From positions 1 to 46,995 of IMG/VR virus record IMGVR_UViG_3300027851_000046: a stretch of 46,995 nucleotides of DNA; one strand, 5' to 3'. The position numbers and the translations under genes are program-made. The notes beneath the pieces are model-generated. The model was not told the origin of the DNA and ran no database searches. It was given only the letters and a program-made list of their open reading frames with translations. This stretch comes from a virus. Lineage: Duplodnaviria; Caudoviricetes. Positions 9,110-16,024 of the stretch are shown one piece after another (the first letter of the stretch is position 1; every line of letters starts with the position of its first letter).

Positions 9110-9140
9110 TGACTGACCTCGGTCGTCTATTTTCTAAATG

Positions 9141-9212
9141 CTGGCACGCCCGGACTCGAACCGGGAACCTCGGAGTTAACAGCTCCGCGCACTACCATTG
9201 TGCTACATGCCA
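9141..9212 (-). tRNA. tRNA-Asn (GTT), CCA not encoded
   Basis: Acceptor TGGCATG/CGTGCCA, anticodon arm CGGAG-CTGTTAA-CTCCG, T arm CCCGG-TTCGAGT-CCGGG. Confidence 0.9.
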
Positions 9213-9216
9213 AAAC

Positions 9217-9291
9217 TGGTGCCCATCCTAGGACTTGAACCTAGCTCTGCCGCTTACAAGGCGGCTGCATCGCCATCTATGCTTGACGGGC
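9217..9291 (-). tRNA. tRNA-Thr (TGT)
   Basis: Acceptor GCCCGTC/GATGGGC-ACCA, anticodon arm GCCGC-CTTGTAA-GCGGC, T arm CTAGG-TTCAAGT-CCTAG. Confidence 0.9.
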
Positions 9292-9298
9292 TTTGTAT

Positions 9299-9443
9299 AA
9301 CTATTCGGCTGGTGACTGCTTGGGATTCGAACCCATAAGACTTACGCCTGCTTTCGGTGGCGCCACCTAATCGCCTGCCGCTCCGCACTCTGGCGGCGCC
9401 CCTGATCCCCGTGAGGCAAACCGCAATCACCATGCGAATAGTT
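9299..9443 (-). ncRNA. tRNA-like structured RNA of unknown class
   Basis: About 21-bp imperfect closing stem, T-arm TGGG-TTCGAAT-CCCA, ACCA end, 9-bp internal stem GGCGCCGCC/GGTGGCGCC; no canonical anticodon arm. Confidence 0.5.
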
Positions 9444-9564
9444 GCCGGTCTTCCCCGGCTGCCACCGATCTTCGAGCTGTCGGCGCTTTGTGCTCAGGTA
9501 AATGGCAGTGATCTCAACTGCGATCCACCCGTGTCATTTCCGGCAAATATCCGAGCACACTACC

Positions 9565-9593
9565 ATTATACAGCGCTATTTAGTGGGGCGCGA
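9565..9593 (-). promoter_or_regulatory. Candidate promoter for the tRNA/late region
   Basis: Perfect TATAAT (9570-9565) with a weak -35; followed by a hairpin-rich non-coding leader. Confidence 0.45.
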
Positions 9594-10379
9594 AACGAAT
9601 TTAATCTCCGTATTGTCGTTTACTGCCCACGAGCTACTGCCATCAAACTCAATAACCCAATGACCTTTCGCAATGAACGAATGAAGAGTCAGTTTTCCTA
9701 CCATCCCTTTACGGTCTCTCCATCCATAATTGTCACTATGCACAATCTCAACTTCCATGCCTTCGCGCCATGTTGACTGGTCTTTTGGATCAGGCAGCTC
9801 TACCGCTTCCCGCTTGATCAGCTTAAACCCTTCATCGGCTAGCCTCTGAATCAGACTTGCGCGCTCTTCCTCCAGCGCTTCGACGGCGCGGTCGATTTCC
9901 GTCACACGGTCGCGCCATTGCAGCGGGCCGTCAACTGGTGCCGTCACTTCTGGAGTTTCGGAATCTACCGACTCATTCACGTGATAGGCCATCACGTCGA
10001 AATGATTCCCGGTGTGAATCCAATGCAGATTCTCTGAGAACTTGCCCATAACCACTTCACCAGAGCGTAGGCGCGCATCCACCAGGGTGCACAAGTCGAA
10101 CGGATTTTTGCGCCCGCGATGCCGAATCCACCCCTGCGCATTGGCCTTTTGCTTGCTCATCTTGGCGCGTTCGGCTTCCCATTGGGGGCGTGTGACTATG
10201 GCTATCATCCAATCATCTGCAAGCGTATAGCGCTCAAATGTATGCCTTACATGATCACCTATTCCAGGCAAATGCAGTGATCCTTCAGATGCTTGACCTA
10301 CATCCAGAAAACCCTCCGGCCATTCCTTCAGCTCTACCGCCAGAATCTCGACCAGTTTCTTGCCTGATTGCTTTTTCAT
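9576..10379 (-). CDS. Mosaic hypothetical phage protein
   Basis: 267 aa; ATGA overlap with aca1; central coiled coil and an SH3-like C-terminus by pattern only. Confidence 0.65.
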   Translation of the reverse strand: MKKQSGKKLVEILAVELKEWPEGFLDVGQASEGSLHLPGIGDHVRHTFERYTLADDWMIAIVTRPQWEAERAKMSKQKANAQGWIRHRGRKNPFDLCTLVDARLRSGEVVMGKFSENLHWIHTGNHFDVMAYHVNESVDSETPEVTAPVDGPLQWRDRVTEIDRAVEALEEERASLIQRLADEGFKLIKREAVELPDPKDQSTWREGMEVEIVHSDNYGWRDRKGMVGKLTLHSFIAKGHWVIEFDGSSSWAVNDNTEIKFVSRPTK

Positions 10380-10600
10380 TTGATCTCTCCAGATTCATGC
10401 GCCAGGCATTCCAGCGCAAATTGAACCAAGTATGGCGCGGGCCTGTATCCGTCCGATTTAGGGTCAGTCAGGTAATACCTCATCATGCGCGCAGATATTC
10501 CGATTGTGCCCGCCGCCCTATTCTGGCTAATCCCAGCTTGCTCAAGCAGCCCGCGCAGATAGCGCGGGTCTGGGTTGTGGCGGGAGGAGTCGGGCCTCAC
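10376..10600 (-). CDS. aca1: Anti-CRISPR-associated HTH repressor Aca1
   Basis: PD.S.H.PDPRYLRGLL..AGISQ.RAA...G.S.R.MRYYL.....GYRPAPY.VQFALECLA matches the Pseudomonas phage Aca1 sequence as I recall it. Confidence 0.93.
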   Translation of the reverse strand: MRPDSSRHNPDPRYLRGLLEQAGISQNRAAGTIGISARMMRYYLTDPKSDGYRPAPYLVQFALECLAHESGEIK

Positions 10601-10854
10601 CAGATACGCTCTAGAACTTGAACCGCATACTGATAGTCGAGGCTATCGCGGCCTACGTCGGCATCTTGGTCGTCGCTCTCCAGGCGCAGAACGCTGCCCA
10701 TGCTGTCAGTCTGGCCAACCTCGATTTCGGCATTGGGGAATGTCTTGGCCAGCGCTTCGGTGGCGAGCTTGCGCCATTCGGCGTGATCCTGTTCGGTGGC
10801 GTCATTGCCAATGTTCAATTCGCCGCTGGTGATTATGATTTTGGTGATGGCCAT
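10597..10854 (-). CDS. Candidate anti-CRISPR/anti-defence protein (acidic, 85 aa)
   Basis: Only gene between the Aca1-operator promoter and aca1; GTGA coupling; 17 D/E versus 7 K/R. Confidence 0.75.
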   Translation of the reverse strand: MAITKIIITSGELNIGNDATEQDHAEWRKLATEALAKTFPNAEIEVGQTDSMGSVLRLESDDQDADVGRDSLDYQYAVQVLERIW

Positions 10855-10900
10855 GGCTGTTGTCCTCTTTTCGCCTCGCCGTTGTGGCTGGCATGTGCGT

Positions 10901-10929
10901 AATATAGGCAGCCACTGCCTATATGTAAA
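10901..10929 (-). promoter_or_regulatory. acr-type promoter with Aca1 operator
   Basis: TTTACA-N17-TATATT; perfect 10-bp inverted repeat ATATAGGCAG-N3-CTGCCTATAT (10902-10924) with core TAGGCA-N5-TGCCTA. Confidence 0.85.
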
Positions 10930-10937
10930 GCACTATT

Positions 10938-11501
10938 TTATCCGTTCGTCGCCTTTAGCTCTCGCGTCTTCGCCCTGTATTCCTTTGCGATCTGCTGTAG
11001 ATCGTCGATGGTGTAGCGCTTAGGCTCATGCTTCCCTTCCAACCATTCAACTGCATCAGCTCCAATCCTGCGCAATAGCTCTGCCCTGTAGTTCACGATG
11101 TCGCCGCTTTTGTGGTTGTTGCATGGAGCGCACTGCTTCCAGGCGTTCAGCGGCTCATATCGCAGCTCAGGGCTTCCGGCGACGGTTCTATAATGCCCGG
11201 CGTGGTATTGCCCCTGGTGATGCCTGCCGCAGCTAACGCATGGCAAATCACGGTCGCGCTCTCTTACCCATGCGTTGAATGCGGTTTGCGCCTCCCTGGC
11301 GTAGTCTGCTCGCGTTTTCAGTCTCTCCCGCGCCCGCCTTGTCTGCTTGCGTTCTTCCTTGGCTAGCTGCGCCTCCTTACGCTCTCTCGCCTGCCTGGCC
11401 ATCAGTAGGCCGCACGCAGCCGAGCACACTACCTGCATGCTGTTATTCGGCTGGAATGACTCACGACAGGCGCGGCACTTCTTGGGCTTTAGGGGCTTCA
11501 T
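10938..11501 (-). CDS. ninG: NinG/Rap recombination endonuclease
   Basis: KKCRAC...VCSAAC; RERDRDLPCVSCGR...HAGHYRT...N.WKQC.PCN.HKSG; start moved to MKPLKP. Confidence 0.9.
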   Translation of the reverse strand: MKPLKPKKCRACRESFQPNNSMQVVCSAACGLLMARQARERKEAQLAKEERKQTRRARERLKTRADYAREAQTAFNAWVRERDRDLPCVSCGRHHQGQYHAGHYRTVAGSPELRYEPLNAWKQCAPCNNHKSGDIVNYRAELLRRIGADAVEWLEGKHEPKRYTIDDLQQIAKEYRAKTRELKATNG

Positions 11502-11659
11502 GCTTTTCTCCGGCCTGATAGCGCGACTACAAACCAGAAAACAGGCCAAAGAATAGCGGCTCGAAAATGATTGACCCTTGATTTGAACTTCACTGTATGT
11601 AAAAGGGTATAAATTCCAGCGTAGCAGTAAAATATCAGCCATAAAATAGGATCATTCAT
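11498..11659 (-). CDS. Small AT-rich membrane protein (53 aa, not in the ORF track)
   Basis: MNDPILWLIFYCYAGIYTLL...AILWPVFWFVVALSGRRKA; ATGA overlaps at both ends. Confidence 0.6.
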   Translation of the reverse strand: MNDPILWLIFYCYAGIYTLLHTVKFKSRVNHFRAAILWPVFWFVVALSGRRKA

Positions 11660-12129
11660 GCTGGCGCACCCTCACTCAAAATATCGTCAAACACAACGCC
11701 ATTCTGCTCAAACTCGGCAACGATCTGCTCAATGTAGACCGCTCCCTGCGCCCGGTCGAATAGGCGTGTCACTGGGAAGCCGTCCGGCCCAAATAAAGCG
11801 CACGGCCCCATAAGTTCCAACTTAGTCTCGTAGGTCAGATTGAGAAACGATACATTCCACCCGTGCCGAAATTCCTCGCACGCCTTGCGCATGATTGGAA
11901 CGCCGATGTGAAGCTTGCACCACTTGCGCACGTCTTCCACGTCGCCCATCTGCGTCATCTGCGCTATACGCTGGTACATGGCGAAGAACATCGCGTTCTG
12001 GTCTAGCGTTCTGTCTTTGCCGGGGCGCAAGCTCACGACAACGTACTTCTTTTCGCGGTACAGCTCAGTAAGGCGCTTGATTGCCTCACTGAGCCGCGCT
12101 GGGCTGTTGACTGCGATTTTCTCAGCCAT
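11656..12129 (-). CDS. NinB/Orf-like protein
   Basis: RTLDQNA..FAMY..IA motif; upstream of ninG. Confidence 0.6.
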   Translation of the reverse strand: MAEKIAVNSPARLSEAIKRLTELYREKKYVVVSLRPGKDRTLDQNAMFFAMYQRIAQMTQMGDVEDVRKWCKLHIGVPIMRKACEEFRHGWNVSFLNLTYETKLELMGPCALFGPDGFPVTRLFDRAQGAVYIEQIVAEFEQNGVVFDDILSEGAPA

Positions 12130-12131
12130 GC

Positions 12132-12548
12132 CTAGGCACCCGTCGAACCATACGCCCCATCGCCGCGCATAGTCTCCTCCAGGCTACCAACCTCCACGCA
12201 TGCGCCGTGATAGCAGGGCACGACCACCAACTGAGCTACGCGCTCGCCTGCGCTGAACTGCCAGGGCGCGTCACCGTGGTTGATCAGCAGGACGCCTAGT
12301 TCTCCCCTGAAGTCTGAGTCGATCACGCCAGCGAGAACGTCAATACCGTGTTTCAGCGCCAGCCCCGAGCGTGGCTTGATGATGCCAACCATGCCATCTG
12401 GAATGGCCACGCTCAGCCCGGTTTTGATCAGCAGGCGCTGCCCTGGGTAGATCGTCGCGCCGGTAACTGCGCACAGGTCATAACCGGAGCTTCCCGGTGT
12501 CGCCTGTTCTGGAATGCGTGCGGCGTCATAAAGTTTCGTGACGTTCAT
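12132..12548 (-). CDS. dut: Trimeric dUTPase
   Basis: GYDL, PRSGLA, GVIDSDFRGE, RVAQL and RGDGAYGSTG motifs. Confidence 0.95.
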   Translation of the reverse strand: MNVTKLYDAARIPEQATPGSSGYDLCAVTGATIYPGQRLLIKTGLSVAIPDGMVGIIKPRSGLALKHGIDVLAGVIDSDFRGELGVLLINHGDAPWQFSAGERVAQLVVVPCYHGACVEVGSLEETMRGDGAYGSTGA

Positions 12549-12553
12549 TATTG

Positions 12554-12871
12554 CTATTCCCCTTTGGCTTTGGCGATGGCGGCGATGGCCTTGCTGTGCA
12601 TTTGTCCCTCGTGGTCGCCAAGCTCAAGCCACTGCACTACTTCATCAAGTGCCTCAAGCAATTCAGGAGCGGCAGCGATTAGCTGGGCGTTTGCCCTGGC
12701 CTTTTTAAGCCCTTTACTAGGCGATTCCTCGCATCCGTAGGCCATTGCAATCCCTTCCCACGATTTATAGTCAAGGTCACGATCCCCACTTGGCGCGTCG
12801 ATACATACCCACTGTTCGAGAAAATCACTAGCCCCAACTTTCCACGGCCCTGGCGTATGCTTAATTTCCAT
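12554..12871 (-). CDS. Hypothetical phage protein (HTPGPW...ANAQLIAAAPELLEAL family)
   Basis: Common phage module. Confidence 0.7.
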   Translation of the reverse strand: MEIKHTPGPWKVGASDFLEQWVCIDAPSGDRDLDYKSWEGIAMAYGCEESPSKGLKKARANAQLIAAAPELLEALDEVVQWLELGDHEGQMHSKAIAAIAKAKGE

Positions 12872-13031
12872 TCTTGCGATCCCCTCTTGATGTGTTGATC
12901 AGTGGTTTCTGCCCATCGTCAAGCGTCCATTCCTGTTCTCGCTTGCATCCGCTACATATGCGACGGGAGAGGCTGCTAAGCGATACCAGAGGCGCTCTGC
13001 AATAAGGGCAGGGCTTGCCTAGTAGGCTCAT
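12861..13031 (-). CDS. Small zinc-ribbon protein (56 aa, not in the ORF track)
   Basis: MSLLGKPCPYC...ICSGC; ATGA overlap with the upstream gene. Confidence 0.6.
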   Translation of the reverse strand: MSLLGKPCPYCRAPLVSLSSLSRRICSGCKREQEWTLDDGQKPLINTSRGDRKNGN

Positions 13032-13285
13032 TGGTGCGCCACCATAGCTGCGTCTATGGCCTTTTCTAGATTATCAAAATCATCCGGGTCTACTCGCAGG
13101 ATGTTCATCCACTGGCAGGAATCCCCTTGATTCAATAGCAACTGGAAACAGCGAGCGTCATTGATCACAGCATCCAACGCCTCGCCTATCATGCGCGGGG
13201 TTATGCCGAAGTCCTCTAGCGTGCGGTTGCCAGTGCGGTCGCGGCGCCAGTCGTTGTAAGTGCGCAGGATCTCGATATTAGTCAT
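13028..13285 (-). CDS. Hypothetical protein
   Basis: 85 aa, ATGA-coupled on both sides. Confidence 0.65.
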   Translation of the reverse strand: MTNIEILRTYNDWRRDRTGNRTLEDFGITPRMIGEALDAVINDARCFQLLLNQGDSCQWMNILRVDPDDFDNLEKAIDAAMVAHQ

Positions 13286-13878
13286 TTGGATTGCTCCCGT
13301 GACATAGCTGCGTCTAGATGATCTCCCCTTAATGGCTCAGGATCATCGGAGTTATCAAACACGGCAGGCCATCCACTGCCATCCCTGAGCTGGCGATACC
13401 GCTCCGCATCTTTTGCCATGCGCCTAATCTGCTCTTGAATCGAAACATCACCGCCGTCCGGCAAATCCATATAGGCCACGCCAGGGATTGCCGCAGTGAC
13501 CTCAGCGATAACATCCAGTGCGTTCGAGTACCACTCGGTTAATGTGCCGACCTGAATGCGCAACGACTCAAGCTCAGCCAATGCGGCGGCGCGCTCGGCT
13601 GCAACTTTGCCGATCTCTTCGGCAATGGCGTCGTTCTGCCGATCCAGTCCTTCGCAAGTGGCCTGAAGCCTGTCGCACTCATCCAGCAGCGAGAGGACGG
13701 CGGCTGGATTAGCGGCGGCGATGAAAGCTGAGTTTACCGGGACGACCTCTGATGAATCACATACGTATTCATCTTGGTTATCACGCACCTCACCCAGCCC
13801 ATTGGAAACATACCACGGCCCTGCATTTGCCGCCTCTGCCAGCATACGCAGCTCGGCCTTGCTCAATTCATTCGTCAT
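13282..13878 (-). CDS. Ead/Ea22-like protein
   Basis: AEAANAGPW...FIAAANPAAVLSLLDE motif plus coiled coil. Confidence 0.7.
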   Translation of the reverse strand: MTNELSKAELRMLAEAANAGPWYVSNGLGEVRDNQDEYVCDSSEVVPVNSAFIAAANPAAVLSLLDECDRLQATCEGLDRQNDAIAEEIGKVAAERAAALAELESLRIQVGTLTEWYSNALDVIAEVTAAIPGVAYMDLPDGGDVSIQEQIRRMAKDAERYRQLRDGSGWPAVFDNSDDPEPLRGDHLDAAMSREQSK

Positions 13879-13983
13879 CTTCGCTCTCCATCCCACTAAT
13901 CCAGTTATCTATCACCAGCACCAATGCGCTGAACAATAGCGCCATCATTACCATGATGATGGTTAGCCATTGGCCGGCGGTCA

Positions 13984-14208
13984 TCACAAAATGTCCTGGT
14001 GAACCCAAACAATAAAGCCTCTGTCAGTAAGCATTTTTCTGTAAACGTGAATCTTCATCTCTACATTTTTAATTGCTGAAGGCATTGCCTTGAATGGTCT
14101 CACGGTAGGAGGCGGAAGCTCTGCGTGTTTAAATTCATCTCCAATGCAAGCAATGAATTTACCGTCAAGCGGTCCGCCAATGCACTCGTATTCATTTTTA
14201 TCTGTCAT
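13984..14208 (-). CDS. Hypothetical protein
   Basis: 74 aa, GGPLDG motif, coupled overlaps. Confidence 0.6.
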   Translation of the reverse strand: MTDKNEYECIGGPLDGKFIACIGDEFKHAELPPPTVRPFKAMPSAIKNVEMKIHVYRKMLTDRGFIVWVHQDIL

Positions 14209-14699
14209 TGCTCTACCTTCCTATATCCAGCGTCGTATAGCACTTCAGCCAGCCCGCGCTCCTCATTAGCAAACCTGCCGATAGTACGGCTCCATACCTT
14301 TACCATCGCGTCCACAGCCTTCTCCCGCTCCTCTGCTGCTATTTGCTCTGGTGTGCGGATAGGGCGAATCTCGTGAGCATGGCAGCCAGTGTAGCCATCA
14401 TTGTGAGAAACAACCGCTACCATGCCGTCATGACCGACTACGCGACCACCAAGCCAGCCGTATTGAGCGGAAAGCCATTCGATGTAAGTGCCCACAGGAG
14501 GCAGGCCATCGCCAGACCAGGTGGATGGGCGCTCAGTCACGACAACGCCTTCAGTCTCTTTGACTTCACTGATAACCGCATAAAATCCATTTTCCCGAAC
14601 ATAGCGATCACCAATAATTTGATAGAAGTGGCTGTAATCACCCCAGTTAATGTGGATGTCATAACCTGGCTTTGCTTCACTCCAATCAATCTCGCTCAT
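14205..14699 (-). CDS. Hypothetical phage protein
   Basis: IDWS..., WSGDGLPPVG..., IRTPEQIAAEERE, LYDAGYRK modules; start moved to MSEIDW (ATGA overlap). Confidence 0.7.
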   Translation of the reverse strand: MSEIDWSEAKPGYDIHINWGDYSHFYQIIGDRYVRENGFYAVISEVKETEGVVVTERPSTWSGDGLPPVGTYIEWLSAQYGWLGGRVVGHDGMVAVVSHNDGYTGCHAHEIRPIRTPEQIAAEEREKAVDAMVKVWSRTIGRFANEERGLAEVLYDAGYRKVEQ

Positions 14700-14998
14700 T
14701 TCATTTGCTCCCCGATAGAGGCAGCGGCCCGGACGATGGCGCGTCGAGTTGCCTTCATCTCGCCACACAGCACGTCCTCACCGAAAGCCGGCCCATATGG
14801 GCTATGCCAGCACTTTCCTGGCTCAACAGTAAATCCGAGCTTAACGGCAAGGCGAAGCGCATCGCCGTCATCATCAAGCGGTCGCCACAAGTTGCCATCT
14901 CTGATTTGCATGCCAATAAACGGCTGCGTCATTACTACATCAAGCCCAGCAGCACGCGCGGCCAGCTCCAGCAATTCACGATCAGTTTTGTCTGTCAT
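14696..14998 (-). CDS. Hypothetical phage protein
   Basis: DRELLELAARAAG...WRPLDDDGDALRLAV...TRRAIVRAAA; AGGAG RBS. Confidence 0.75.
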   Translation of the reverse strand: MTDKTDRELLELAARAAGLDVVMTQPFIGMQIRDGNLWRPLDDDGDALRLAVKLGFTVEPGKCWHSPYGPAFGEDVLCGEMKATRRAIVRAAASIGEQMK

Positions 14999-15000
14999 TT

Positions 15001-15090
15001 GAATCTCCTGTCAAAGAGTGTCGAGATATGAGCGCCAGGCAGTGACAAGCTGCTTTTCGGATGCCTCCTAGGCGCAGTCGAACTATAGCA
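15001..15090 (-). promoter_or_regulatory. Extended -10 promoter plus C4-like structured leader
   Basis: TGCTATAGT; hairpin GCAG-CTTGTCA-CTGC inside GCGCC/GGCGC; loop complementary to CGACA and TTGACAGGAG at the RBS. Confidence 0.5.
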
Positions 15091-15153
15091 AACGCCCAGC
15101 CACTTTCACATTCCGATTTTTCATTGATAATGCAAAAGTCATTACCTTGGCGA

Positions 15154-15891
15154 CTACCCTGCTAAAAAATTGAATGCTGTTGCCGCCACTCGTGGAACCT
15201 GGCCATTTCCAATGGCTTTAAGTCTGTCCACCCTAAAGGCCACCCCATTATCAATTCGACCCATTCCGGCATCAGACGGCCACCCACGACCTGAGGGAGG
15301 CAATCCCCCGCCTTGCTTCCAGTTCGCTCCAGCCTGCTTTTGCCAGGAGACCTGTAGTCTCTCCTGACCGGAGTGGGCAACAATCCATATCCTGTCTCTT
15401 GGATGGGGCGCGCCAAGGTTGGATGCTGATATACAGCACCACTGCGCGTCATACCCCATTTCGGCAAGGTCACTGACGACCACTGCAAGTCCTCTGGAAA
15501 TAAGGAGAGGTGAATTTTCCACGAAGACGAACCGAGGTCGTACCTCACCGATGATTCGCGCCATTTCTCGCCACAGCCCGGAGCGCTCCCCGTCGATTCC
15601 TGCGCCCTTTCCAGCGGCGGATATGTCCTGACAAGGGAAGCCTCCAGAAACCACGTCAACAATGCCTCTCCACGGCTTTCCGTCAAAACTGCACACGTCA
15701 GACCAAATCGGGAAAGCTGGGAGGGCTCCATCGTTTTGTCGTTGCGCCAGAACTTGTGCTGCGTAGGCATCACGCTCAACTGCGCAGACTGTTCGCCAGC
15801 CAAGGAGGTGTCCGCCGAGGATTCCGCCGCCTGCGCCTGCGAAAAGTGCGAGTTCTCGTAATCCTGTATTAGTGCTCTGCTGAATATCCAT
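15154..15891 (-). CDS. C5-cytosine DNA methyltransferase, alpha polypeptide (lacks motif IX)
   Basis: Motif I LFAGAGG, II VE, IV GGFPCQD, VI FVENS, VIII PHPRDRIWIV, X LKAIGNGQVP. Confidence 0.9.
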   Translation of the reverse strand: MDIQQSTNTGLRELALFAGAGGGILGGHLLGWRTVCAVERDAYAAQVLAQRQNDGALPAFPIWSDVCSFDGKPWRGIVDVVSGGFPCQDISAAGKGAGIDGERSGLWREMARIIGEVRPRFVFVENSPLLISRGLAVVVSDLAEMGYDAQWCCISASNLGAPHPRDRIWIVAHSGQERLQVSWQKQAGANWKQGGGLPPSGRGWPSDAGMGRIDNGVAFRVDRLKAIGNGQVPRVAATAFNFLAG

Positions 15892-15896
15892 GACAT
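15162..15896 (-). CDS. C5 methyltransferase beta polypeptide in an overlapping frame (putative target-recognition segment and motif IX)
   Basis: 244 aa open across the whole alpha gene; LLPTP..RD and RLMPEWVELIMGWPLGWT; TAATG coupling and GGAG RBS. Confidence 0.8.
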   Translation of the reverse strand: MSWIFSRALIQDYENSHFSQAQAAESSADTSLAGEQSAQLSVMPTQHKFWRNDKTMEPSQLSRFGLTCAVLTESRGEALLTWFLEASLVRTYPPLERAQESTGSAPGCGEKWRESSVRYDLGSSSWKIHLSLFPEDLQWSSVTLPKWGMTRSGAVYQHPTLARPIQETGYGLLPTPVRRDYRSPGKSRLERTGSKAGDCLPQVVGGRLMPEWVELIMGWPLGWTDLKPLEMARFHEWRQQHSIF

Positions 15897-16024
15897 TACT
15901 CAACTCCAATTGCTTGTGGCCAAATGCTAAGCACGCACTCAAGCGCCTCAGCGTGTGTCAGTGGGATGGTGGATACCATGGCGAACCGATAGCCTGGTAG
16001 CGTCACCTGCCAGCAGGTTTTCAC
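15896..16024 (-). CDS. Small hypothetical protein (42 aa, not in the ORF track)
   Basis: MKTCWQVTLPGYRFAMVS...IWPQAIGVE; GTGA overlap with dnaB and TAATG overlap with the beta ORF. Confidence 0.6.
   Translation of the reverse strand: MKTCWQVTLPGYRFAMVSTIPLTHAEALECVLSIWPQAIGVE

Noticed and set aside
10901-10924. Operator contains TATAGGCAGC and CACTGCC, both pieces of the type I-F CRISPR repeat (possible RNA anti-CRISPR)
   Set aside because: The pieces are in the wrong order and lie between the -35 and -10, so they would not be transcribed from this promoter. An Aca1 operator explains them.
13005-13021. Near match to the Aca1 operator (AGGGCA-N5-TGCCTA)
   Set aside because: Two mismatches in one arm, inside a coding region, no adjacent promoter.
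12554-13330. Shared tails among small ORFs (AAIAKA, DA.RYR, IDAAM), also at 22319-23099
   Set aside because: Common modular ends of phage accessory genes; too short to indicate a distinct system.
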